Of a stretch of DNA of 64,000 bases, positions 46,818-55,728 are shown one piece after another (position 1 is the stretch's first letter; each line of letters opens with the position of its first letter). The notes beneath the pieces are model-generated. The model searched no databases and was not told where the DNA came from. It saw only the letters and a program-made list of their open reading frames with translations. Origin of the DNA: Syntrophaceae bacterium UBA6078 (lineage in GTDB: Bacteria > Desulfobacterota > Syntrophia > Syntrophales > UBA2210); NCBI GenBank assembly GCA_002428735.1, contig DIXO01000044.1:2114-66113 (forward strand). The letters run 5' to 3'. The position numbers and the translations under genes are program-made.

Positions 46818-48776
46818 TCAGCGTATCGACCACTGATCGAAGGGAAGCTCCTCCGGTTCGCGGTCGGCGGGGGCCAGCTCCGCGATGAAGCGCGACGGGA
46901 CGGCGTCCATCCCCCACGCGTTTCCGGCGCGGCTGATCAGGGGATGGCAGAAGTAGAGCTGGTCCTTCGCCCGCGTGGTGGCGACGTAGAAGAGCCGCCG
47001 CTCCTCGTCCTCGCCTCCCGGTTCCTTCAGGGCGCGGGCCAGCGGGAACATCCCCTCCGAGCACCAGATCATGAAGACGACCGACCACTCCAGCCCTTTG
47101 GCCTGGTGGATCGAGCTGAGGACGACCCGGTGGTTGTTCTCCTCCGGCCGGTAGGCGGCCTCCTCCTCCGTGATGTTCGTCATCAGGGCCAGGTCGCTGA
47201 GGAACTCCTCCAGCGAATCGAACTCCGCTGAGAAATCCGACAACTGCCGCAGGTCCTCCTCGCGCGAGGCCCCGTCCCCGTATCTCTCGTCCATGCGCTC
47301 CCGGTAGCCGCCCTGCAGTATCACGTCGATAATCTGGGTCAGGGCATGGGAAGCGGCCAGCTCCCGGACGGCCTTCAGGGTCTCTCTGAATCCGCCGATC
47401 CCGGCCGCGGCCCCTTTCGGGACCTGCTTCATGAACTCGTCGGAAAAAACGGCATCCAGCGGCTCGGACCGCGAGGCGACGAACTCCCATATCTTGCGCG
47501 CCGTCACGTCCCCGATCTTCGGGTAGAGTTTCAGCACCCGCTTCCACGCGATCTCGTCGAGGGGATTCGCCGCGATCCGCATGAAGGCGGTCGCGTCCTT
47601 GATGTGGGCCTGTTCGAAGAACCGTATCCCCGACCTGATCTCGAAGGGGATTCCCCGCCTGACCAGTTCCATCTGCAGTTCCATGGAGTGGTAGTGGGCC
47701 CGGTAGAGGACGGCGATCTCCCCCAGCGGAACCCCCTCGTCGGCCAGTTCGATGATCCGCTGGGCGACGAAATCGGCCTGCTGGAGAACGTTCCGCAGGG
47801 GAACGAAAACGGGCCGCACCCCCTTCTTTCTGACCGCCCGCAGGACCTTTTCAAACTGCTGGCGGTTGTTCACGATGCTCATGTTGGCCAGGGCAAGGAT
47901 CTCCGGGGTGCTCCGGTAGTTGGTCTCCAGCTTGAAGACCTGCGTGTCCGGGTAGCGCTCCGGAAACCGGAGGATATTTGAAAAATTCGCCCCCCGGAAG
48001 GAATAGATGCTCTGGGAATCATCCCCCACCACCATCAGGTTCCGGTGGCGGGCGGCGAGAAGGTCCAGGATCTCGGCCTGGATGATGTTGGTGTCCTGGT
48101 ACTCGTCCACCAGAATGTGGCGGAACCGCTCCGCGTACTCGCCCTGTATCTCGGGAAAATCGGTCAGGATGGTGCGCCAGTTGAGGAGGATATCGTCGAA
48201 GTCCATCACGTTCAGCTCTTTTTTGCGGAGCCGGTACCGCAGGGCGACCTTGAGGATATCGGTGATGCAGCGGGAAAGACTCCGGTATCTGCCCTCGATG
48301 ATCTCTTCGATCGCGACGCCGGTGTTCGCGGAGAGGCTGATGATCTCTCCCACGACGCTGGGCTTGGGAAAGACCCCGTCCGCGGTGTGAATCCCCATCT
48401 CCCGAATGCAGGTATTGATGAGCTGCCGGGAATCCTCGGCGTCCACGATCGAATAGCTCAGGTCGTACCCGAGCATCCCGGCGTGCCGTCGGAGGATGCG
48501 GTTTCCCACATGGTGGAAGGTCCCCCCCCACAGCCTTCCCAGGTCCACATCCACCAGCGTCTGCACGCGCGACAGCATGGAGCGGGCGGCCTTGTTGGTA
48601 AAAGTGGCGAGGAGGATCTGCCCCGGATCGATCCCCTGCTGTATCAGGTGGGCGACCCGGTAGGTCAGCGCCCGCGTCTTGCCGCTCCCGGCGCCGGCGA
48701 TTACGAGGATCGGGCCGTCCGGGGCCGTAACCACGCCGCGCTGTTCGGGGTTGAGTTCCTTCTCGTAGTCGATCAC
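46818..48776 (-). CDS. ATP-dependent DNA helicase, UvrD/PcrA/Rep family
   Basis: Helicase motifs are present: AGAGSGKTRAL (I), VDEYQDTN (II), GDDSQSIYSFRGA (III), TFHHVGN, and VATTRAKD (VI). Confidence 0.9.
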   Translation of the reverse strand: MIDYEKELNPEQRGVVTAPDGPILVIAGAGSGKTRALTYRVAHLIQQGIDPGQILLATFTNKAARSMLSRVQTLVDVDLGRLWGGTFHHVGNRILRRHAGMLGYDLSYSIVDAEDSRQLINTCIREMGIHTADGVFPKPSVVGEIISLSANTGVAIEEIIEGRYRSLSRCITDILKVALRYRLRKKELNVMDFDDILLNWRTILTDFPEIQGEYAERFRHILVDEYQDTNIIQAEILDLLAARHRNLMVVGDDSQSIYSFRGANFSNILRFPERYPDTQVFKLETNYRSTPEILALANMSIVNNRQQFEKVLRAVRKKGVRPVFVPLRNVLQQADFVAQRIIELADEGVPLGEIAVLYRAHYHSMELQMELVRRGIPFEIRSGIRFFEQAHIKDATAFMRIAANPLDEIAWKRVLKLYPKIGDVTARKIWEFVASRSEPLDAVFSDEFMKQVPKGAAAGIGGFRETLKAVRELAASHALTQIIDVILQGGYRERMDERYGDGASREEDLRQLSDFSAEFDSLEEFLSDLALMTNITEEEAAYRPEENNHRVVLSSIHQAKGLEWSVVFMIWCSEGMFPLARALKEPGGEDEERRLFYVATTRAKDQLYFCHPLISRAGNAWGMDAVPSRFIAELAPADREPEELPFDQWSIR

Positions 48777-48797
48777 GTCTTTAGAGACTGTTCACCT

Positions 48798-49445
48798 TCA
48801 GCCCTTGAGGCTCTTTGCGATCTCGGCGACCGTGTCCTTGCTGCTGAGGGAGGTAAAATTCCGGAGAAGCCCCCTCCCCTTGTAGAAGCCGATCAGCGGG
48901 GCGGTCTTTTCGTTGTACGTTTCGAGGCGGTTCAGGATCGCCTCCTCCGTCTCGTCGTCGCGCTGGATGACGGGGCTGCCGCACTTCTTGCACGTCCCGT
49001 CCGGGTTGGGCGGATTGCTCTTGATATTGTATATCTCCTGGCATGCCGAGTTGGAGCAGGTCCGGCGCGTGGTCAGGCGGTCGAGGATGACGTCCCGGGG
49101 GACCTCCAGACTGGCCACGAAATCGAGGGCGATCCCCAGCTTCGCCAGCAGTTTTTCGAGCGCCTCGGCCTGCGGGATCGTCCGCGGGAAGCCATCGAGG
49201 AGGAACCCCTTTGTGCAGTCGTCCTCTTGGAGACGGGCCTCCATGATCTCCATGATCAGGGAATCGGGCACCAGTCCGCCGCTGTCCATATATGACTTCG
49301 CCTTTGTGCCGAGTTTGGAACCGCTCTTCACGGCGGCGCGCAGGATATCTCCCGTCGAGATCTGCACGGACCCGTCGAGTTCCGACAGGAGCTTCGCCAC
49401 CGTGCCCTTACCCGCGCCGGGCGCGCCCAACAGTACAATCTTCAT
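48798..49445 (-). CDS. adk: Adenylate kinase (zinc-lid type)
   Basis: MKIVLLGAPGAGKGT (P-loop). GFLLDGFPRT. The lid carries C..C...C..C (CSNSACQE...CKKCGS). Confidence 0.95.
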   Translation of the reverse strand: MKIVLLGAPGAGKGTVAKLLSELDGSVQISTGDILRAAVKSGSKLGTKAKSYMDSGGLVPDSLIMEIMEARLQEDDCTKGFLLDGFPRTIPQAEALEKLLAKLGIALDFVASLEVPRDVILDRLTTRRTCSNSACQEIYNIKSNPPNPDGTCKKCGSPVIQRDDETEEAILNRLETYNEKTAPLIGFYKGRGLLRNFTSLSSKDTVAEIAKSLKG

Positions 49446-49475
49446 GATACAACCTCCTTGGTAATATAAAACGGG

Positions 49476-49530
49476 TTCGTTATATAGGGAACCCCCGGCG
49501 GGGTCAAGGGAATAGCGTGGCGGGGAAGTG
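49476..49530 (-). repeat. Direct repeat copy 1, containing a near-consensus sigma-70 promoter for adk
   Basis: The minus strand reads GCTATTCCC-TTGACC-(17 nt)-TATAAC-GAAC. The -35 is at 49503..49508 and the -10 at 49480..49485. About 80% identical, by eye, to 51949..52006. Confidence 0.6.
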
Positions 49531-49672
49531 GGGGAGAATATCGATTGTCTTCGTTAGATGCGGCTGTTTTATGGTTTACGGGGTTGAGCGCGATGAAAGG
49601 ACGCGAACCGATTACCTGTGCAGGGGTCAAGAAAATAGGTATGGTGTCACCGGATTTACCACCAGTAATTTA

Positions 49673-50317
49673 TTAGCTCTCCCCATTGTCGAGCTTTATA
49701 GAGATCGACCTATTGCCCTCATAATGTTCTTTCATCAATTTGAATAGTTCCTTTTGGTTACAAGCGAACTCCTCATCAACAGGGAATTGCTTTATTGCCA
49801 TTGGGATTGATCCTTCACCAAGAAACATCTCCACTATTTTTCTACGTATAAAATTTGTTTCAAATTCTTGATCTGCATAAGCTTGAGGAGAATAACCAGC
49901 CTTTTTAATATGAACTTTATCAAATTGAAAACCAAGTGACTCACCCATTTCATAAAGTAAATCTGAAAGCTGGTCATCCTTTTTTTCGGCCCAGATTTTC
50001 TGCATGTTTTCATCATCTTTTGGATATGAAGCTAAATGGTCCAAATAGGTTTTCCACGCGTTAACCACTTTAGTATACTTTTTTCCATTGAATTCTAAGC
50101 CAACCATATTCAGTGCTGATACATGCTGAAAAGCTAGTGTTGTGGCTCTGGTTGTCATAAGATCTCGAAAAACTCTTAATTTCTTGTTTCTATCTTCTGC
50201 TCTTCTATCAATGAATTTTTGTATTTGTACAGCAAGGATAGGTCCTAAAATTACAGCAACAATCATCAGCCAGTCGCTTATCGTAATACCCGTTTCGACA
50301 ATATTGCTTGGTTCCAT
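49673..50317 (-). CDS. Orphan protein with one N-terminal TM helix (AT-rich gene)
   Basis: 214 aa: DWLMIVAVILGPILAVQIQKF, then a soluble helical region. AT-rich codon usage. No family assigned. Confidence 0.6.
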   Translation of the reverse strand: MEPSNIVETGITISDWLMIVAVILGPILAVQIQKFIDRRAEDRNKKLRVFRDLMTTRATTLAFQHVSALNMVGLEFNGKKYTKVVNAWKTYLDHLASYPKDDENMQKIWAEKKDDQLSDLLYEMGESLGFQFDKVHIKKAGYSPQAYADQEFETNFIRRKIVEMFLGEGSIPMAIKQFPVDEEFACNQKELFKLMKEHYEGNRSISIKLDNGES

Positions 50318-50347
50318 TACTTTCTCCTTTAAAAACTAGGAAAACTA

Positions 50348-50408
50348 GGGGCACTTTCCCCATTTTTTAGCCACCCCATCTTTTCCATGAAAACGGGGAA
50401 GTGCTCCC
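50348..50408 (-). terminator. Terminator-like long hairpin after the lipoprotein gene
   Basis: The minus strand reads GGGAGCACTTCCCC-(33 nt)-GGGGAAAGTGCCCC-TAGTTTTCCTAGTTTTT. The arms are about 13 bp, but the loop is unusually long. Confidence 0.35.
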
Positions 50409-50437
50409 AATTATTCCATTATTTAATCAAACAGATC

Positions 50438-50947
50438 TCACCTTATTTTCTTCATCTTATCTCTAAGTTCCCGGGGCACGTTCTCAAGTAAAACTATAGA
50501 AATAGCCCCCTCCGAGAAATTATTATGAAACGATGCCTGCTTTCCTAAAGACGCTGTAACCTGTTCAGGGCTTAAAGTGTACATGGCTCCATTGAACGGA
50601 TCAACTATGAACCACCCAATTAACCCACCAAAAACGAGATTACCCGCAATATACCAGCCATTGGCACTGGCAGTCAAAGAAATGGTCTGTGCGTCATAAC
50701 CTTCCTTAGAGATTATAACGGAATAATTTTTCTTACCCCAATAACTACCGTCACTTTTATGCAATGTCACGGATGTAGGCGTTTTCCCTCTAAATACTTG
50801 TGCTCCTTTTTCATCTGTTATGAGAACTGTTGCACTATCGGGAGTGCTGCTTATCGGTATGAGTTGGGTTTTGTCACCGACAATCGTTGCGCAACCCATA
50901 AATACTACCATCAAAATCAATGCCATCGGTTTTAAATATTTTTTCAT
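50438..50947 (-). CDS. Lipoprotein (AT-rich gene), PEGA-like beta domain plus a C-terminal hydrophobic segment
   Basis: Signal peptide with lipobox: MKKYLKPMALILMVVFMGC. The stretch ISSTPDSATVLITDEKG...GKTPTSVTL resembles a PEGA domain. Confidence 0.65.
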   Translation of the reverse strand: MKKYLKPMALILMVVFMGCATIVGDKTQLIPISSTPDSATVLITDEKGAQVFRGKTPTSVTLHKSDGSYWGKKNYSVIISKEGYDAQTISLTASANGWYIAGNLVFGGLIGWFIVDPFNGAMYTLSPEQVTASLGKQASFHNNFSEGAISIVLLENVPRELRDKMKKIR

Positions 50948-51035
50948 TCATTCGCTCCTTTCTCTTGTACCAACTTTGAGTTATTAGAATAGGGTAAACC
51001 TTGTTTGGAAAACCATGGACATTTCCCATATTTCC

Positions 51036-51076
51036 AAACAAAAAGCCCCATCTCTCGTTTTGAGAAACAGGGCTTT
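51036..51076 (-). terminator. Intrinsic terminator candidate for the SRAP gene
   Basis: The minus strand reads AAAGCCC-TGTT-TCTC-AAAAC-GAGA-TG-GGGCTTTTTGTTTGG: an interrupted stem followed by a T-run. Confidence 0.45.
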
Positions 51077-51190
51077 CGATGACCAGGCCATAATCCCCCC
51101 CGGTTTACAGCTGTTCACACGTACACAGAATGCATCAAGATCAAAGCATGTGAAGCTCCTAACTCTATTACGCTATCGTGTCAAGAAGTT

Positions 51191-51847
51191 TTACACGGAT
51201 ACCGGTTCGATGCAGCGCGGGTCGTTGTTCCCGGGTGAATCGACGAATTTTGAAACGGGGTACGTCTTGACTGTGGTCACCCGGCCGTCCGTGAGGATCG
51301 CCCGCAGGGCAGCCGGGTCGGTCGTTTGGGGATCGAGCCATGCCTCCATCGCCTCGGGGGTGAGGATCACCGGCATCCGGTCGTGGATCTCCCGCATCGA
51401 TCCGCCCGCCTCCGTCGTGATGATCGCGCAGGAGTGATAGGGAGATTGATCGGCCCCCCGCCACGTATCCCAGAGCCCCGCGAAGCCGAAGAGGGTGTCG
51501 CCGATTGGAGTACAGTACCAGGGCTGCCGGTCCTTCCATTCATAAAAGCCGTCGGCCGGTATGAGGCAGCGCCTCTCCCTGAAGGCCCTTTTGAAGCTGG
51601 GTTTTTCCGCCAGGGTTTCCACGCGGGCGTTGATCAGCGTGGGTCTCCGGGGCAGATCTTTCGCCCAGGGGGGGACCAGCCCCCAGCGCAGCTTCCCGAG
51701 GCGGGTGTTTCCCTGCCGGATGATCGCGCAGACCTCGTCGCCGGGAGCGATGTTGTAGCTGGGTTGCATCTCGTCGGTGACGGTGTCGACACCGAAGACT
51801 TTTTTCACGTGGTTGAGCGAACTGTATAAGGTGAACCGTCCACACAT
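51191..51847 (-). CDS. yedK: SOS-response-associated peptidase (SRAP/YedK) abasic-site processing protein
   Basis: MCGRF (catalytic Cys2)...SYNIAPG...WGLVPPW...NARVET...CLIPADGFYEW is the canonical SRAP pattern. Confidence 0.9.
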   Translation of the reverse strand: MCGRFTLYSSLNHVKKVFGVDTVTDEMQPSYNIAPGDEVCAIIRQGNTRLGKLRWGLVPPWAKDLPRRPTLINARVETLAEKPSFKRAFRERRCLIPADGFYEWKDRQPWYCTPIGDTLFGFAGLWDTWRGADQSPYHSCAIITTEAGGSMREIHDRMPVILTPEAMEAWLDPQTTDPAALRAILTDGRVTTVKTYPVSKFVDSPGNNDPRCIEPVSV

Positions 51848-51948
51848 GACCGTTACAGAAATCCGAGCATACTTCCCATTGTTTTTTTACGATATCTTCT
51901 TTCCCAGTGGTTTCGTATCCGATTTTCCCTCTATCAGCATGTATATGA

Positions 51949-52006
51949 GTTCGTTATATAGGGACCCACGAACGGAATCAAGGGAATAGCGTGCCGGCAG
52001 GGGAAG
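51949..52006 (-). repeat. Direct repeat copy 2, containing a sigma-70-type promoter upstream of the SRAP gene
   Basis: The minus strand reads GCTATTCCC-TTGATT-(17 nt)-TATAAC-GAAC. The -35 is at 51976..51981 and the -10 at 51953..51958. Paralogous to 49476..49530. Confidence 0.55.
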
Positions 52007-52101
52007 CGGCCTATTGCCGTGAGGGCTGAAACGCGGCGGTTTTTACCCTTGACAAACCGTGTCATGGATGTACCTATTGATGTGAAATAAGGAGGTGAGG
52101 C

Positions 52102-52584
52102 ATGAGTGATACGGAAAGAGTCGATCCCACACCGGCCCCCGACTTCGAGCTTGCCGACAGCGAAGGCCAACCGGTAAAATTGTCCGGCTACAAGGGCAGC
52201 CGACATGTCGTTCTTATCTTTAACCGCGGCTTTGTCTGACCATACTGCCGAAAGCACATGGCGCAGTTGCGCCGTGACTATCAGGAATTCGTGAAAAGGG
52301 GCGCCGAGGTCATCGCCATCGGCCCTGAGAAACCGCACGCCTTCGCCGACTGGTGGCGTGAACATAAGATGCCCTTCCCGGGACTGGCCGACCCGGAGCA
52401 CCGCGTATCAAAGCTGTACGGGCAGGAGGTCCGGATCTTCAAACTGGGACGCATGCCGGCACAGCTCATCATCGACAGGAACGGCATGATACGCTACAAA
52501 CACTACGGCGCTTCCATGAAGGACATTGCAGAAAACAGCGAACTGCTCTCAAGGCTGGATGAATTGAACAGGGAAGAAGCGTAA
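52102..52584 (+). CDS. Peroxiredoxin/redoxin (AhpC-TSA family)-like selenoprotein, U-P-Y-C motif (UGA at 52237..52239)
   Basis: TAAGGAGGTGAGG SD precedes the ATG at 52102. The frame is open apart from one TGA. The product ...PAPDFELADSEGQPVKLSGYKGSRHVVLIFNRGFV-U-PYC-RKH...AIGPE... has the thioredoxin-fold Prx/BCP layout, with U at the active-site Cys position. The track shows only 52258..52584. Confidence 0.8.
52257..52276 (+). promoter_or_regulatory. Candidate SECIS stem-loop
   Basis: CAUGGCGC-AGUU-GCGCCGUG: an 8-bp stem (one G-U pair) with a GU-containing tetraloop, starting 20 nt after the U of the UGA. Confidence 0.45.
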
Positions 52585-52700
52585 TCCGTGCTTCGTTGAG
52601 GACTGCTCACGAAGGGTCCCCCCTCAGAAAGACTGGGAGCACCCTCTCTATCCCCACAGAGCTCCCCCTTTTTCTTAAAAATAGGGGCTCTGTCCCTCAT

Positions 52701-53648
52701 TTACACATGGTTGCGAAGCTGCAACTCTAGGGGATGGGGATTGAGATAAAACTGTTCTTTCAGGTACGGCTCGTCGTATTTCCTGACATAGTGATTCATC
52801 AGGGTTACCGGCACGATCAGGGGAATGAGACCGTTGCGGTATTGCTCGACGATCTCCAGAATCTCCTTCTTCTCATCGGAGGATAGTTGCTTCTTGAAGT
52901 AGCCCATGATGTGATGCAGGACATTGGTGTGCTTCGCTGTCGTGGGCTTGAGGGCCATGGCCTCCATAAGCAGCTTCTCATACTGCGTGATGAACTCGTT
53001 CGGCGGAAACTCTTTCGCATGGGCCACAAGATTCCCCATCTGCCGAAGGTGTTTCGGGCTGTGGGCCATGAAAAGCAGCTTGTTTTTCGTGTGAAAGGCC
53101 ACAAGATTCCTGATCAGGTCTTTCCCCCGCATCGCCTCCCGGTAGCGCTTATATGTGAAGATACGTTCGATGAAGTTTTCCCGCAGAACAGCGTCGTGGA
53201 GCCTCCCTTCCTCCTCGACGGGCGTGAGGGGAAAATGTTCCATAAAGATCCGGGCGAAGACCCCTACGCCGATCTTCCGGGGCATCCCCTTGTCGTCATA
53301 TACCTTGACGCGCTCCATCCCGCTCGATGGTGAATCGCTTTTGAAGACAAATCCGCAGAGATCCTCCTTATCGAGGGCTTTCACACGCTTTCCGGCCCAT
53401 GTCTCCATCCGTTCCGTGTGATCGATGCCTGTTTTGCCCGTCACAAGGCGGGGCCGCGCAGGATCGCCCACGAGCCGCAACGTTTCACGCGGGACGCCGA
53501 GGCCGCATCCCACCTCGGGGCACACGGGAACATACTGAACATATCTGCCCAGGGTATCGCGCAGAAAACGGTCCAGCGCGTGGCCGCCGTTATAGCGGAC
53601 ATTTTCACCCAGCAGGCAGGAACTGATGCCGATCGGAATCTTTTCCAT
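52701..53648 (-). CDS. DUF523 (TudS-like) - DUF1722 (YbgA-like) fusion protein
   Basis: The N-terminal IGISSCLLGENVRYNGG...VPVCPE matches the DUF523 Cys pattern. The C-terminal half (HTKNKLLFMAHS...) resembles YbgA. Confidence 0.75.
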   Translation of the reverse strand: MEKIPIGISSCLLGENVRYNGGHALDRFLRDTLGRYVQYVPVCPEVGCGLGVPRETLRLVGDPARPRLVTGKTGIDHTERMETWAGKRVKALDKEDLCGFVFKSDSPSSGMERVKVYDDKGMPRKIGVGVFARIFMEHFPLTPVEEEGRLHDAVLRENFIERIFTYKRYREAMRGKDLIRNLVAFHTKNKLLFMAHSPKHLRQMGNLVAHAKEFPPNEFITQYEKLLMEAMALKPTTAKHTNVLHHIMGYFKKQLSSDEKKEILEIVEQYRNGLIPLIVPVTLMNHYVRKYDEPYLKEQFYLNPHPLELQLRNHV

Positions 53649-53789
53649 ACGTCATCCTCGCAATAGTTTTCCTTCCTCTATTCATGAAAGGCATGGTTTT
53701 GTCCAGATGAAAAAGCATCAGTCGGGCGATTTTTGTCTTGGATATGCTTCCATATTTCCCGGAATTTGAGAACCGCAGAGGCTTCAGCC

Positions 53790-54392
53790 CTAATCAAGAT
53801 AGGCGGCAAGAGATTCCTCTATGCACTGTTCATATCCGAAGTAGAAATGATCGGCTCCCCGGACTACCGCAAGCCGGCACCCCACTTGTTTCACTATTTT
53901 CTCCAGGGAAGGCAAGGGGCAGAACTGATCCCGGTCACCGCAGATGATAAACCCGCATCTTCCTGTGAGGTGGGAAAAGTCGAATTGCACGAAATCGACA
54001 GGGGGCGAAACCAGGATGACATCGGAAAGACCTTCGTAACCGGCAACAGCTCTCGAAATGACCCACGCCCCGAAGGAATAGCCCGCCAAGGTTATATCGT
54101 CCAACCCTCTTTCTTTCAGAAAGGCAATGGCCCCCTTGACGTCGTCCTGTTCACCTTCACCGTCGTCGAAGTCTCCTTCACTCCCCCCCACGCCCCTGAA
54201 ATTAAACCGCAGGGTCGTGTACCCGTGGTCATGAAAAGCGGTAACGAGTGCCTCCACGACATTGTTCTCCATGCTCCCTCCCATCTGGGAATGGGGATGG
54301 GTGACGACCATGCCCTTTGAATTGCTCCCCGGGGCATACAGTCCCTCAATGGTCAGGCCTGCGCTTTTGAAGAATATCCGCTCTTCGTTCAT
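53790..54392 (-). CDS. Alpha/beta hydrolase (about 200 aa)
   Basis: Nucleophile elbow GYSFGA. Also THPHSQMGGSM...RFNFRGVGGSEG. I used the ATG at 54392, 6 nt after the MFS stop; the listed start at 54680 lies inside the MFS gene. Confidence 0.75.
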   Translation of the reverse strand: MNEERIFFKSAGLTIEGLYAPGSNSKGMVVTHPHSQMGGSMENNVVEALVTAFHDHGYTTLRFNFRGVGGSEGDFDDGEGEQDDVKGAIAFLKERGLDDITLAGYSFGAWVISRAVAGYEGLSDVILVSPPVDFVQFDFSHLTGRCGFIICGDRDQFCPLPSLEKIVKQVGCRLAVVRGADHFYFGYEQCIEESLAAYLD

Positions 54393-54397
54393 AATAG

Positions 54398-55618
54398 TCA
54401 AGCTTCTCTTGGGTTTTTTAGGAGTAACGAGCAAAAGATAGCTAAAAGCATCCCAATAATACACATGACGATCATGTAATGATAAGAGTGAGTAACATCG
54501 AAGATATATCCCCCCAGAAAAGAGCCGCCCGCAACACCCAGCCCGGCAATCATCAATACAAAACCAAATATGGAACCAGTTGCTTTGAGCCCGAAATAGT
54601 CGGCGGGGAAAGCGGGGATCACCCCGGCCCATCCACCAAAACTGATCCCGAAGAGGGGGGCAAAGACAAAAAACATCCACAGCTCCTGTGAAAACAGAAG
54701 CCAGACCACCATCACTGTTTGAAGCGTAAACGCAGCGATAAGAATCTGTTTTCTCCCCAGTTTATCTGAAAGAAAACCAGCCATTATCCTGCCAATAATG
54801 CTTCCACCTCCCACTAAACCCGCAAGAAACCCGGCTGTGGTCAAGGGAACGCCTTTATCTGTGATAAGCGGGACCATATGGATCATAATGGCCCATAACG
54901 CCAGGGCTGCAAAGGCCCAGCTTAAACTTAAGGCCCAGAAAGACCTTGTTTTGACAGCATTCAGGAAGGAAAAATCATCAGTAGATTTCACTGCGTTTGG
55001 CGTTTCTTCGCTTCCCACTTTAAAATTTTCACGCGGTGATTTTTTGATAAACGTTACTATGGGAATGAATACCGTAAAAACGATAGCTCCCACAACAACA
55101 TACGCTGTTCTCCAACCATAAGAAGTAATCAGCCATGCAGCCAAAGGTGATAGCACCAATGAACCGGTACCGACTCCTGTTACGGTTAAACTGATAGCAA
55201 GGCCTCTCTTAACGGTAAACCATCGGGAAACCGTGGTTACCATAGGTGTATAAGCAGCAGCGACTCCCCATCCAAGAAGAAAAACATAGTACACATAGAA
55301 CTCCCACAGCGTTGTTATAGAACTCATCATAATCATTGAACCCGCCAGGCATATGCCACCAGTTGCGGCCACTATTCTCGGGCCCCATTTGTCGGTCAAC
55401 CATCCGGCGAAAGCGGCAAAAACGGTATGAGAGACGGCATATGCACTAAATGCTCCTGCTGTCATTGCTCTGGTCCATCCAAAATCAGAATAGAGCGGTT
55501 TTAAAAACACACCGGAAGAATAGGTAATCCCATACCCCATCATGGTCGCCAGAAAAGCCGTTGCCACGACTATCCAGCCGTAATACAAACGACTTGATTC
55601 GTTGTCGATACTCTTCAT
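54398..55618 (-). CDS. MFS transporter (oxalate/formate antiporter-like subfamily)
   Basis: 12 predicted TM segments, with an N-terminal YYGWIVV and a G..TDKWGPR loop motif. The start is ambiguous (55618, 55642 or 55705). Confidence 0.8.
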   Translation of the reverse strand: MKSIDNESSRLYYGWIVVATAFLATMMGYGITYSSGVFLKPLYSDFGWTRAMTAGAFSAYAVSHTVFAAFAGWLTDKWGPRIVAATGGICLAGSMIMMSSITTLWEFYVYYVFLLGWGVAAAYTPMVTTVSRWFTVKRGLAISLTVTGVGTGSLVLSPLAAWLITSYGWRTAYVVVGAIVFTVFIPIVTFIKKSPRENFKVGSEETPNAVKSTDDFSFLNAVKTRSFWALSLSWAFAALALWAIMIHMVPLITDKGVPLTTAGFLAGLVGGGSIIGRIMAGFLSDKLGRKQILIAAFTLQTVMVVWLLFSQELWMFFVFAPLFGISFGGWAGVIPAFPADYFGLKATGSIFGFVLMIAGLGVAGGSFLGGYIFDVTHSYHYMIVMCIIGMLLAIFCSLLLKNPREA

Positions 55619-55728
55619 GGTTTTCGGGAACCTTTCAGGCATAATTCCGGCAATATGTATATTGAATGAAGAACCCCGCAGCAAGTTGCGGAGGATTAGA
55701 CCCAAAAGAGATTCAAGACAATACTAGC

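Noticed and set aside
48045-49295. 416-aa plus-strand ORF
   Set aside because: It is antisense to the helicase and adk genes. It is a shadow ORF.
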